From positions 1 through 13,449 of the forward strand of contig JBGCFM010000237.1 of NCBI GenBank assembly GCA_045106895.1: a stretch of DNA of 13,449 bases, written 5' to 3'. The notes under the pieces were generated by a model. The model worked only from the letters and a program-made list of their open reading frames with translations. It ran no database searches and had not been told where the DNA came from. This stretch comes from Polyangiales bacterium (GTDB lineage: Bacteria > Myxococcota_A > Polyangia > Polyangiales > Houyiibacteriaceae). How positions within the stretch are numbered: the first letter of the stretch is position 1; the number at the start of each line of letters is the position of its first letter. Below, piece by piece: positions 1-8,844 of the stretch. Made by a program: the position numbers and the translations under genes.

Positions 1-1
1 C

Positions 2-1240
2 GACGAGCGTTCCGAGGACGACGAGCCTTCCGAGGACGACGAGCCTTCCGAGGACGACGAGCCTTCCGAGGACGAAGAGCCTTCCGAGGACGAAGAGCCT
101 TCCGAGGACGAAGAGCCTTCCGAGGACGAAGAGCCTTCCGAGGACGAAGAGCCTTCCGACGACGAAGACGCCTCCGACGTTGACGAGGATTCAGAGGAAC
201 CAACAGAAGAATCGGGGCAGCACGCGCTTCCTGGCGATGACACCGAAGATGGACCGGGGCTGGAGCGATCCCTGGACGTGAGCGAAGAGAAGCTGCTGAG
301 CGTCCTGGAGTCGCTGATCTTCGTGGCCGATAAGCCTGTCACCGCACGCCAGCTGGCGCGCGCGGCGAAGCGGAAGAAGGCCGAAGTCGTCCCGGTTCTG
401 GAGCGCCTCCAGAAACAGTATGAACCGCGCGGCATTCAGCTCATCGAGACGGCGAGCGGATTCCAGTTCCGTTCGGCGCTCTCGAACGCGCCCTTCGTCC
501 GTGACTTCGTCTCCCGGAAGCCGGTGCGACTCTCCCGAGCTCAGCTCGAAACGCTCGCCATCGTGGGCTACCGCCAGCCCGTGACTCGTCCGGAGGTCGA
601 CGAGATTCGCGGCGTAGACAGTGGTGCGGCGCTCAAGGCGCTCGCGGAGCGCGACCTTATCAAGGTTCTCGGCCGCAAAGACGAACCCGGTCGGCCACTG
701 CTCTACGGCACGTCGCCCCATTTTCTCGAGTTTTTCGGCCTCACGGCACTCAAGGACCTTCCAACGCTCAAGGAGTTCACGGAGCTTTCCGACGAGAGTC
801 GCGGCATCTTCGAGCGACGCATGGGCGAAGCCATTGACCTTGGAAGCGCCGAGGCTGAAGCCCAGGCCGCCGAGGGGGCCGCGCAGGAGGCGATGTTTGG
901 CGACGATACGTCCGACGACGACGAAGACTCCGAGGATGAAGAAGGCGTAGAAGAGGCGGAAGAAGACTCGGGCGAAGTCGATTCGGAAGACGACTCCGAC
1001 GAAGAAGACTCGGACGAAGAAGACTCGGACGAAGAAGACTCGGACGAAGAAGACTCGGACGAAGACGATTCCGACGAAGAAGACTCCGACGAAGAAGACT
1101 CGGACGAAGACGACTCCGACGAAGACGATTCCGACGAAGACGACTCCGACGAAGACGACTCCGACGAAGACGACTCCGACGAAGACGACTCCGACGAAGA
1201 CGACTCCGACGAAGACGAAGACGAGGACGACGATGAGTAA
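2..1240 (+). CDS. scpB: SMC-Scp complex subunit ScpB with long acidic N- and C-terminal extensions (5' end outside the window)
   Basis: The core carries ScpB motifs ([74 protein letters not shown]). Manual translation shows the frame is open from position 2 through the GTG at 278, so that GTG is probably internal. Stop is TAA at 1238-1240. Confidence 0.93.
   Translation, partial: DERSEDDEPSEDDEPSEDDEPSEDEEPSEDEEPSEDEEPSEDEEPSEDEEPSDDEDASDVDEDSEEPTEESGQHALPGDDTEDGPGLERSLDVSEEKLLSVLESLIFVADKPVTARQLARAAKRKKAEVVPVLERLQKQYEPRGIQLIETASGFQFRSALSNAPFVRDFVSRKPVRLSRAQLETLAIVGYRQPVTRPEVDEIRGVDSGAALKALAERDLIKVLGRKDEPGRPLLYGTSPHFLEFFGLTALKDLPTLKEFTELSDESRGIFERRMGEAIDLGSAEAEAQAAEGAAQEAMFGDDTSDDDEDSEDEEGVEEAEEDSGEVDSEDDSDEEDSDEEDSDEEDSDEEDSDEDDSDEEDSDEEDSDEDDSDEDDSDEDDSDEDDSDEDDSDEDDSDEDDSDEDEDEDDDE
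14..175 (+). repeat. 18-bp coding tandem repeat GAGGACGA(C/A)GAGCCTTCC encoding ED(D/E)EPS
   Basis: There are 8 full units at 14-157 (3x EDDEPS then 5x EDEEPS), a degenerate unit at 158-175 (DDEDAS) and a partial variant at 1-13 running off the window edge. Confidence 0.95.
992..1216 (+). repeat. 15-bp coding tandem repeat GA(C/T)TC(C/G)GACGAAGA(A/C) encoding DSDE(E/D)
   Basis: There are 15 consecutive 15-bp units in the scpB 3' end, read directly from the sequence. Confidence 0.95.
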
Positions 1241-2168
1241 GGCTCAAACGTTTCAAGACCTGATCCTGACCCTTCAGAACTTTTGGGCGAGCCACGGTTG
1301 TATCCTCGGTCAGCCTTATGGCTCGGAGGTCGGCGCCGGCACGTTCAACCCGCACACGTTTCTGCGCTCCATCGGTCCTGAGCCCTGGAACGTCGCCTAC
1401 GTGGAGCCGTCGCGACGGCCAACGGACGGTCGCTACGGCGAGAACCCAAACCGACTTCAGCACTTCCATCAGTTCCAGGTCATTCTCAAACCCGCGCCGC
1501 TGAACATCCAGGAGCTCTACTTGGAGTCGCTCCGCGCCATTGGCACAGATCCGATGGCTCACGATATTCGTTTCGTCGAAGACGACTGGGAGTCACCGAC
1601 GCTGGGCGCTTGGGGCCTTGGCTGGCAGGTCTGGCTCGATGGCCTTGAGATCTCCCAGTTTACCTACTTCCAGCAGTGCGGCGGCATGGACTGCAAGCCC
1701 ATCAGCGGCGAGCTGACCTACGGGCTTGAGAGAATCGCCATGTACCTGCAGGACAAGGACGACGTCTACGACACCGCGTACGCGCCAGGGGTTGCCTACG
1801 GCGATGTGTTTAAGCGCGCCGAGTGGGAGTGGTCGACGTACAACTTCGAAGAAGCGAGCGTCGATCACCAGACTCATCTCTTCGACGTATACGAAGGCGA
1901 GTGTCGGCGCTTGCTTGGCCTGAGCGACAAGCGAGGGAAGGGCGGCAAGCTGCTCTGGGACCAAGAAGACCCGCTCAAGCGCCTCGCGCTGCCCGCGTAT
2001 GACTGCGTCATCAAGTGCAGCCACTACTTCAACGTCCTCGATGCCCGCGGCGCCATCAGCGTGACGGAACGCCAGCAGTACATTGCCCGCGTCCGCCTCG
2101 TGGCTCGCGCCGTCGCCGAGGCTTGGTTCGCCCAGCGTGAGGCTTTAGGCTTCCCCCTCGTACGTTAG
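1233..2168 (+). CDS. glyQ: Glycine--tRNA ligase alpha subunit
   Basis: Motifs [78 protein letters not shown] and [13 protein letters not shown]. The start overlaps the scpB end by 8 nt (ATGAGTAA). Confidence 0.98.
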   Translation: MSKAQTFQDLILTLQNFWASHGCILGQPYGSEVGAGTFNPHTFLRSIGPEPWNVAYVEPSRRPTDGRYGENPNRLQHFHQFQVILKPAPLNIQELYLESLRAIGTDPMAHDIRFVEDDWESPTLGAWGLGWQVWLDGLEISQFTYFQQCGGMDCKPISGELTYGLERIAMYLQDKDDVYDTAYAPGVAYGDVFKRAEWEWSTYNFEEASVDHQTHLFDVYEGECRRLLGLSDKRGKGGKLLWDQEDPLKRLALPAYDCVIKCSHYFNVLDARGAISVTERQQYIARVRLVARAVAEAWFAQREALGFPLVR

Positions 2169-2218
2169 CGCGGGTAGCGCTCGCGCAAAGCCCAATCGGG
2201 TGGTAATCAGGCACCTCT

Positions 2219-4279
2219 ATGCCGGATCTCGCCCTTGAAATCGGAGTCGAGGAACTCCCCGTCTCATTCGTCAAACAAGGCCTAGCAAGCCTTGGACAAG
2301 CAGCCGAAGAGCTCTTCGCGAGCGCACGGCTGCCTCCCGAGACCCTGGAGGTCATGGGAACGCCGCGCAGGCTCACGCTCCGGGCGAAGAACTTACCCGC
2401 CACGCAGCCATCCCGGAGCGAGGTCGTCAGCGGTCCGCCGTGGAGCGCGGCTTTCAAGGACGGCGAGCCGACGCGTGCAGCGACGGGCTTCGCGAAGAAG
2501 CACGGCGTCGAAGTCGGAGAGCTCAAACGACTCGAGACGGACAAGGGCGATTACGTAAGCGTCCAAGTGCACGAAGAGGGCAAAGAAGCCGCGGAGGTTC
2601 TGAAGGAGCTCTTGCCGGCGCTCTGCAAGCGCGTGCGCTTCCCGAAGCAGATGCGTTGGGCCGACGGCGAACACTCTTTTGGCCGACCGGTTCACTGGAT
2701 TGTCTCCCTCTTAGGGGACCAGGTGATCCCTTTTGACTTCGCGGGAACGAGCGCCGGTCGTGAGACGCGTGGTCATCGATTCTTGGCGCCGAACGTTTTT
2801 GAACTCAGTAGCGCCGATGAGTATGAAGACCGGCTCGCCAAGGCAAACGTCCTCGTCCGAGGCGAGAAACGGCTCAGCACCATGCGCGCGGCGCTCGAGA
2901 AGGCCGCAAAGGAGATGGGCGGCGAGCTCATCGTTGACGATTTCCTCCTGGAAGAGTGCGCTACCCTCGTCGAAGAACCTTTCGTGGTCCCAGGAACCTT
3001 CGACGAGGACTTCTTGGCCTTGCCCGAAGCCGTCGTGGTCTCCGTGATGCGCGATCACCAACGTTACTTCGCCGTCCGCGCGCCAGGTGGCGGGCTGCTC
3101 CCGCGCTACCTCAACGTCGTCAACACGGCTCTGAAACCGGAGTCCATCGCCAAAGGCAACGACCGCGTGCTTCGGGCGCGTCTCGCCGATGCTCGCTTCT
3201 TCGTGGAGGAGGACCGTAAGGCTGCCCTGGAAAGCCGCCTGGCGAAGCTCGACAATGTCGTCTTTCATCGCTCCCTTGGTACCGTCGGCGAAAAGGTTCG
3301 ACGCATCGAAGGCCTCGCGACGAAGTTCGCCGACGCCGCGGGTGTCGACACGGACAAAGCAAAGCAAGCAGCGCGCCTCGCCAAGGCGGACCTCGAGACC
3401 CTCATCGTATTTGAGTTTCCTGACCTCCAGGGGCAGATGGGCCGTTACTACGCCGAGCGCGAGGAGCTCGACGCAGACGTCGCCGTCGCCATCGAAGATC
3501 ACTACCGGCCCACCGGCGCACAAGACGGCGTCGCGGAGACGGCACTCGGCGCGCTCGTTGGCGTGTCGGACCGTGTCGATACTCTGGTGGGTTGTTTTGG
3601 GGCAGGGCTTCATCCCAAGGGCAACCGCGACCCCTTCGCGCTGCGTCGCGCGACGCTTTCATTGGTCCGCACCGCCCTCGAAGGCGCCATCGACGTCAAC
3701 GCACGCGGACTCTTCGAAGCGGCCTACGATCAGTATGCCGTCGAGCTCGCACCCAAAGAACAGGTCCTCGCCGAACTCGATGAGTTTTTGCGCGCTCGCC
3801 TCGTCGCGCACTACAAGGAATCGTTCCGCACCGACGTGATCAATGCAGCCCTGGCTGCGTGGGACGGCGGTTCTCTTCGCGACGTGGACGCACGCGTCCG
3901 CGCCGTCGACTCACTCCGCGCCGGAGATTCGTTTGGGGCACTCGCGACGGCCTTCAAGCGCGCACACAACATCACCAAGGGTGTCCCTCGAACGGCCGTC
4001 GATGCGGCGCTTCTTGAATCCGGCGCGGAACAAGACCTCGCCGCCGCCTTCGACGGGATTCGCGCCCAGCTCGAAGAAGACACCGCAGCGCAACGATACG
4101 AGCCTGCGCTCACGCTCATCGCCACCAAGCTTGGCGGCCCCATCGACCGCTACTTCGACGAGGTCTTCGTTATGGTCGACGACGAAAAGCTCCGCGACAA
4201 TCGCCTTAGCTTCCTCGGGAGCATCGCCGACGCCGTCACCCAATGTGCCCACTTTCATCTGCTTGCAGGAGACGCATGA
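2219..4279 (+). CDS. glyS: Glycine--tRNA ligase beta subunit
   Basis: Motifs LEIGVEELP, TPRRL, FPKQMRW, RPVHWI, GNDRVLRARLADARFF, EFPDLQGQMGRYYA, DPFALRR and a C-terminal YFDEVFVMVDDEKLRDNRL. It lies directly downstream of glyQ. Confidence 0.97.
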   Translation: MPDLALEIGVEELPVSFVKQGLASLGQAAEELFASARLPPETLEVMGTPRRLTLRAKNLPATQPSRSEVVSGPPWSAAFKDGEPTRAATGFAKKHGVEVGELKRLETDKGDYVSVQVHEEGKEAAEVLKELLPALCKRVRFPKQMRWADGEHSFGRPVHWIVSLLGDQVIPFDFAGTSAGRETRGHRFLAPNVFELSSADEYEDRLAKANVLVRGEKRLSTMRAALEKAAKEMGGELIVDDFLLEECATLVEEPFVVPGTFDEDFLALPEAVVVSVMRDHQRYFAVRAPGGGLLPRYLNVVNTALKPESIAKGNDRVLRARLADARFFVEEDRKAALESRLAKLDNVVFHRSLGTVGEKVRRIEGLATKFADAAGVDTDKAKQAARLAKADLETLIVFEFPDLQGQMGRYYAEREELDADVAVAIEDHYRPTGAQDGVAETALGALVGVSDRVDTLVGCFGAGLHPKGNRDPFALRRATLSLVRTALEGAIDVNARGLFEAAYDQYAVELAPKEQVLAELDEFLRARLVAHYKESFRTDVINAALAAWDGGSLRDVDARVRAVDSLRAGDSFGALATAFKRAHNITKGVPRTAVDAALLESGAEQDLAAAFDGIRAQLEEDTAAQRYEPALTLIATKLGGPIDRYFDEVFVMVDDEKLRDNRLSFLGSIADAVTQCAHFHLLAGDA

Positions 4280-6948
4280 AATACGTCTACGCGTTTGACG
4301 ACACTCTGGATACGGACGAGCCGAAGCACCTTCTTGGTGGCAAGGGCGCAGGCCTCAACAGCATGACGGCGCTAGGAATTCCGGTGCCGCCGGGGTTCAC
4401 TATCTCGACGCCGGTCTGCGTTCATCACCGAGAGCACAAGACATACCCAGACGGTCTTGAGGCCGAGGTCCTCGCCGCGCTGAGCGCGACTGAAGCCGCG
4501 GTCGGTCGTCGCTTGGGTGACGTGGAGGATCCGCTCCTGGTGTCTGTTCGCTCTGGGGCTCGCGTGTCGATGCCTGGGATGATGGACACGATCCTGAACC
4601 TTGGGCTCAACGACGAAACCGTCGAGGGCTTGGCGAAAACAAGCGGAGACCGACGATTTGCCTTCGACGCGTATCGGCGACTTCTGCAGATGTACGGCGA
4701 TGTTGTTCTTGGCGTCGCTCACCACCACTTTGAGGCAACGCTGACGGCGCTGAAGGAGCAGCACGACGGCCGCTCGATGCTCGACTCTGCGCTCTCCGCC
4801 GAAGCGCTCGAAGACCTCGTAGGTCGCTACAAGTCGCTCATCGCGGAGCACGGGCGCGTCCCATTTCCCCAAGACGTCCAGCAGCAGCTCTGGGGCGCCA
4901 TCGGCGCGGTCTTTGAGAGCTGGGACAACACGCGCTCGGTTCGCTACCGACGAATGCAGAACATCTCTGCGTCGTGGGGAACGGCCTGCAGCGTGCAAGC
5001 CATGGTGTTCGGAAACCTTGGCGAAACAAGCGGCTCCGGCGTCGCTTTTACGCGGAACCCATCAACGGGCGAGCGCATGCTCTACGGTGAGTACCTGCCA
5101 AACGCCCAGGGCGAAGACGTGGTCGCGGGAATACGCACGCCTCTGGCGATTACCGCCGAGGCAGCGACCCCCGGGCGCGAGGATGAAACCTTGGAGCGCA
5201 AGCAGCCCGAGGTGTTCGCGGAGGTGGTCGCGCATTGTGCGCGGCTGGAGACGCACTTCGGCGACATGCAAGACGTCGAGTTCACCGTCGAGCGCGGCAA
5301 GGCGTACATCCTTCAGACTCGAACGGGCAAGCGAACGGCGCATGCGGCTGTTCGCATCGCAGTGGAGCTTGTCCGAGAGGGCGCCATCACCCGCGAGAAG
5401 GCACTTCTTCAGGTCGACGCCAACAGTTTGGACCAGCTCCTTCATGCGCGGCTTCCGCACCCCGATGAGCTCAAGGCCGACGGCGTGCTTCCCGTGGCAA
5501 AAGGGTTGCCTGCAAGCCCCGGGGCTGCGACGGGCCATATTGTCTTTGACGCCGACGACGCCGAGGCGTGGGCCGCGGAAGGCAAAGAGGTAATCCTCGT
5601 TCGCCGGGAAACGAGCCCTGAGGATATCCACGGAATGAAAGCCGCGGCGGGTATCGTGACGGCGACGGGCGGCATGACCTCCCACGCTGCCGTCGTCGCT
5701 CGCGGCCTGGGCAAGTGCTGCGTCGCAGGCTGTGGGTCGCTCCAAGTGGACTACAAGAACAAGACCGTCACGGCGAAGGGCGTCGAATCCTTCAAGGAAG
5801 GCGACGTCATCACTCTCGACGGTTCGTACGGCCGAGTGTACGCCGGCGCCCTCGATGTCGTCGCGGCGGCCACGGTGCCGGAGTTCGATGAGCTCATGGA
5901 GTGGGCGGACGAGTTGCGTACGTTGAAAGTGCGCGCCAACGCTGACACGCCGCGCCAGGCTCGGCAGTCGCGGTCGTTTGGCGCCGAAGGCATCGGCCTT
6001 TGTCGTACCGAACATATGTTCTTCGCGGATGAGCGACTGGAAGCCGTGCGGTGTTTGGTCCTCTCGGAGACGGACGAGGCGAGGGCTAAGTGGCTCGGGG
6101 TCATCGAGCCGATGCAGAAGGACGACTTCGCCGGCATCTTCCGCGCCATGGACGGCCTACCGGTCACCATCCGTTTGCTGGATTGGCCGCTGCACGAGTT
6201 TCTCCCCAGGACCGAAGCCGAGTTCGCGACGATCGCTGAGCGCCTTGGAGAATCCACCAAGGAGATCGCGCGCCGGGCGGAAGCCATGCACGAGATCAAT
6301 CCAATGCTAGGCCACCGCGCCGTCCGCGTGGGACTCACGCTTCCGGCGATCTACCGAACGCAGGTTCGCGCATTGATCCAGGCGGCCCTCGAGGTTCAAG
6401 CCGATGGCGTTCAGGTCGACCCGGAGATCATGATCCCCGTCGTGGGCATCGCTAAGGAACTCGAAGCCATGGTGCGCATCGTCCGCGACGAGGCGGGCAA
6501 GGTGACGGAGGGCAAGCCAGCGCTCCGCTACAAGGTGGGCACCATGATCGAGCTTCCGCGCGCGTGCCTCGTGGCGGGCGAACTCGCGGGGCCAGCGGGG
6601 ATCCTCTCCTTTGGCACCAACGACCTGACTCAGACGACCTTCGGCTTCAGCCGGGATGACGCCGGGCGATTCCTTCCCGTTTACGTCGACGAGCTTGAGC
6701 TGCTTCCAGCGGATCCCTTCGCGCGTTTGGACACGACGGGCGTTGGGCGCTTGATTCGAATGGCGTGCGAGGATGGACGCAAGAGCCGTCCGGACCTCAA
6801 ACTGGGCCTTTGTGGAGAACACGGTGGCGACCCCTCGTCGATTCATTTCTGCCAGGCCGTGGGCCTCGACTATGTCTCGTGCTCCCCTCCACGCCTGCCC
6901 ATCGCGCGCCTCGCCGCGGCACAGGCGGCGATCCAAAGCGCGTCTTAG
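4276..6948 (+). CDS. ppdK: Pyruvate, phosphate dikinase
   Basis: Motifs LLGGKGAGL, PLLVSVRSGARVSMPGMMDTILNLGLN, NAQGEDVVAGIRTP, phospho-His motif GGMTSHAAVVARG, GIGLCRTEHMFF, SFGTNDLTQ and CGEHGGDP. I moved the start to ATG 4276 (MKYVYAF), which forms an ATGA overlap with the glyS stop and has AGGAGA just upstream. Confidence 0.97.
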   Translation: MKYVYAFDDTLDTDEPKHLLGGKGAGLNSMTALGIPVPPGFTISTPVCVHHREHKTYPDGLEAEVLAALSATEAAVGRRLGDVEDPLLVSVRSGARVSMPGMMDTILNLGLNDETVEGLAKTSGDRRFAFDAYRRLLQMYGDVVLGVAHHHFEATLTALKEQHDGRSMLDSALSAEALEDLVGRYKSLIAEHGRVPFPQDVQQQLWGAIGAVFESWDNTRSVRYRRMQNISASWGTACSVQAMVFGNLGETSGSGVAFTRNPSTGERMLYGEYLPNAQGEDVVAGIRTPLAITAEAATPGREDETLERKQPEVFAEVVAHCARLETHFGDMQDVEFTVERGKAYILQTRTGKRTAHAAVRIAVELVREGAITREKALLQVDANSLDQLLHARLPHPDELKADGVLPVAKGLPASPGAATGHIVFDADDAEAWAAEGKEVILVRRETSPEDIHGMKAAAGIVTATGGMTSHAAVVARGLGKCCVAGCGSLQVDYKNKTVTAKGVESFKEGDVITLDGSYGRVYAGALDVVAAATVPEFDELMEWADELRTLKVRANADTPRQARQSRSFGAEGIGLCRTEHMFFADERLEAVRCLVLSETDEARAKWLGVIEPMQKDDFAGIFRAMDGLPVTIRLLDWPLHEFLPRTEAEFATIAERLGESTKEIARRAEAMHEINPMLGHRAVRVGLTLPAIYRTQVRALIQAALEVQADGVQVDPEIMIPVVGIAKELEAMVRIVRDEAGKVTEGKPALRYKVGTMIELPRACLVAGELAGPAGILSFGTNDLTQTTFGFSRDDAGRFLPVYVDELELLPADPFARLDTTGVGRLIRMACEDGRKSRPDLKLGLCGEHGGDPSSIHFCQAVGLDYVSCSPPRLPIARLAAAQAAIQSAS

Positions 6949-7012
6949 AGCGTACCTTGATCCAAGGTTTGGAGCGCGACGGGTGTATCAGAGGCGTGCA
7001 GCGGTCGAATCA

Positions 7013-7032
7013 GAGGCCTGAAAGGGCTTTTT
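7013..7032 (+). terminator. Possible weak intrinsic terminator after ppdK
   Basis: GAGGCCT-GAAA-GGGCTTT followed by TT gives a 7-bp stem with several G-U pairs, a GAAA tetraloop and a short T run. Confidence 0.3.
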
Positions 7033-7054
7033 CGAAGATAGATGGGCCGATCCC

Positions 7055-7083
7055 TTGACGTTGCACGCCCGCCAGCTGAAAAT
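7055..7083 (+). promoter_or_regulatory. Putative sigma70-type promoter for the kinase gene
   Basis: TTGACG at 7055-7060, a 17-nt spacer and GAAAAT at 7078-7083, about 75 nt upstream of the kinase ATG. This is a consensus match only. Confidence 0.35.
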
Positions 7084-7157
7084 CGAGAAGGTATCTTGGG
7101 GATGTCGCATAACTTCTATCAAAAGCGCGCAGCTACTTGGGCTGAAGGCAGGCACTC

Positions 7158-8669
7158 ATGAGTGCTGAACTCCAGCTCGTTGAGGGCCAAGACGGCATCC
7201 AAGACGAAGTCGGTTTGACCGGCACGACCATCGATGGTCGCTACGAGGTTGAGAAAGTCCTCGGCGAAGGCGGAATGGGGCTTGTCTACAAGGCGCGCCA
7301 TATCGTCCTCAACAAGCCTCTCGCCATCAAGGTGCTTCGGCCCGACGTCAGCCGCGATGAAGAGATCATCACGCGTTTTCGCCAAGAGGCGCAGAGCGCC
7401 TCGGCTATCGGTAACCAGCACATCATCGATATCTCCGACTTCGGAGTCCTCCCGGACAAGTCGACGTACTTCGTCATGGAGTTCCTCAATGGAGTGGACC
7501 TCACCGGAGCGATCGAACGCGACGAAGAGATCGAAGCGCCGGTCATCATTCACATCGCCAAGCAGCTGTGTCGTGCTCTTGGAGCGGCCCACGAAGCAGG
7601 CATCGTTCACCGCGACCTGAAGCCCGACAACATCTACCTGATCCGCCGCGGCGGCGACTCCAACTTCGTGAAGGTCCTCGACTTTGGTATCGCGAAGGTT
7701 GGCGGCAACTCCAGCAAGCTCACTCGCGCCGGTCAGGTGTTCGGGACTCCTCACTACATGTCGCCGGAGCAGTGCGCAGGCAGCGGTGTCGATCACCGAA
7801 CCGACGTGTACGCCTTGGGGGTCATCCTCTACGAGATGTGCACAGGTCAGTGCCCATTCGACGCGGATAACCTGATGGGGATCCTCACCAAGCACCTTTA
7901 TGAAGAGGCGGTTCCGCCGAGACAGCTGAACGAGTCGATCCCAGCTGAACTCGAACTCGTGATTCTCAAGGCGATGGCCAAGAAGCTCGATGAGCGTTAC
8001 CAGTCGATGGCTGAGCTCCTTGAGGACTTGGAGCGACTTGAGGCGGGAGTGGGGACCGTCGCCCGTGAAACGACACGGGCCGTGGCTCTTCAGACGCCGG
8101 AAGCTCCGACCAAGAGCAACCTTGGTGTGATCGCCGTCGTCTTCGCCGTGCTCCTCGCCGCTGGCATTGGGATTGGGCTCTACGCCACCGGCGAACCCGA
8201 TCCGCCACCGGTCGTCCTGACGCCGCCTGAAGTTCCTGTCACGGAGCCCGTGGCCGCCACGGTGGAAGAGCCCGAGGTAGAGCCAGAGGTCGAACCCGAG
8301 GTTATTCCTCCGATCACGGTGGAGACAGTGCCGGAAGGCGCCGAGCTTCGAATGGGCAGCGTGGTCATTTGCAACACTCCTTGTGACATCGACCGCCCGG
8401 CGGAGGGCGAGACAGCCGAGCTGACGCTCGCAAAGAGCGGTTATGGCTCCGAGACTCGAGTCATCAATTCACTCACTGCGGGCCCTCTGACGATCGAGCT
8501 TCAGCCGACCCGAACCTCGTCCCGATCGCATATGCGCACTCGAATGACCCCGGCGATGATGGAAGAAGCCGTGGTCATGGAGGCGGTGATGACGCCTGTG
8601 ACGATGATGCGCGCGACGATGCGTGGCACCACCGAAGTGCTGAATCCCTGGGATAACGACCCTATCTGA
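7158..8669 (+). CDS. Hanks-type Ser/Thr protein kinase with one transmembrane helix and an extracytoplasmic PEGA-like domain
   Basis: Kinase motifs LGEGGMGLVY, AIK, HRDLKPDN, DFG, GTPHYMSPEQ and DVYALG. These are followed by a hydrophobic helix LGVIAVVFAVLLAAGIGIGLYA (about 8121-8186), a Pro/Glu linker, a PEGA-like ITVETVPEGAELRMGSVVICNTPC segment and a Met-rich tail. Confidence 0.95.
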   Translation: MSAELQLVEGQDGIQDEVGLTGTTIDGRYEVEKVLGEGGMGLVYKARHIVLNKPLAIKVLRPDVSRDEEIITRFRQEAQSASAIGNQHIIDISDFGVLPDKSTYFVMEFLNGVDLTGAIERDEEIEAPVIIHIAKQLCRALGAAHEAGIVHRDLKPDNIYLIRRGGDSNFVKVLDFGIAKVGGNSSKLTRAGQVFGTPHYMSPEQCAGSGVDHRTDVYALGVILYEMCTGQCPFDADNLMGILTKHLYEEAVPPRQLNESIPAELELVILKAMAKKLDERYQSMAELLEDLERLEAGVGTVARETTRAVALQTPEAPTKSNLGVIAVVFAVLLAAGIGIGLYATGEPDPPPVVLTPPEVPVTEPVAATVEEPEVEPEVEPEVIPPITVETVPEGAELRMGSVVICNTPCDIDRPAEGETAELTLAKSGYGSETRVINSLTAGPLTIELQPTRTSSRSHMRTRMTPAMMEEAVVMEAVMTPVTMMRATMRGTTEVLNPWDNDPI

Positions 8670-8670
8670 C

Positions 8671-8705
8671 GGAACTTCAGCCCTCCGAAGGAGTGGTTGA
8701 GGTCC
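8671..8705 (+). other. Imperfect stem-loop directly after the kinase stop (possible terminator or mRNA stability element)
   Basis: GGAACTTCAGCCCTCC-GAA-GGAGTGGTTGAGGTCC pairs with bulges and G-U pairs. No U-tract follows. Confidence 0.35.
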
Positions 8706-8764
8706 TGAAGACCGGCTTCCGAGCGAACTCTCTGAACCTGCTTTCGCGTCGTGAGCCCTGGCGC

Positions 8765-8778
8765 TTTCGCTAGCGAAA
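8765..8778. promoter_or_regulatory. Perfect 14-bp palindrome TTTCGCTAGCGAAA, candidate operator
   Basis: The sequence is self-complementary and lies in the intergenic region about 65 nt upstream of the first lipoprotein's ATG. Confidence 0.3.
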
Positions 8779-8844
8779 ACGGAGCTTTGCACTCTTTCAT
8801 CAGCCACCCTTGGCAAGCGCCCAGTGCCTGCTAGGTTCCCGCCC

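Noticed and set aside
1..277. Upstream acidic stretch as the 3' end of a separate scpA gene
   Set aside because: The acidic reading is in the same frame as scpB with no intervening stop.
1..1216. Tandem repeats as a CRISPR array or non-coding repeat
   Set aside because: The units are contiguous with no spacers, are multiples of 3, and encode in-frame acidic peptide within scpB.
777..1562. Minus-strand ORF with RRSRL repeats (protamine-like)
   Set aside because: It is the antisense shadow of the DSDED repeat and glyQ, with no independent support.
4243..4275. ORF-track start for ppdK
   Set aside because: It lies inside glyS. ATG 4276 has an RBS, an ATGA overlap and a typical PPDK N-terminus.
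5668..5709. Neighbouring kinase as the regulator of PPDK at the Thr in GGMTSH
   Set aside because: That site is known to be modified by the unrelated PDRP/PpsR family, and adjacency alone is not evidence.
6583..6609. Atypical PPDK segment LAGPAGILSF where an acidic and FFSF-like stretch is usual
   Set aside because: The frame and flanking motifs are intact. It could be divergence or local base-call error, which cannot be judged without reads.
8667..8708. Kinase TGA followed by a hairpin as a selenocysteine/SECIS signal
   Set aside because: Read-through adds only 12 residues before another TGA, there is no redox motif context, and the protein already ends in a plausible terminal motif.
8759..8828. 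Sigma54 promoter candidates (TGGCGC..., TGGCAA...GTGC)
   Set aside because: The spacing does not fit the required GG-N10-GC.
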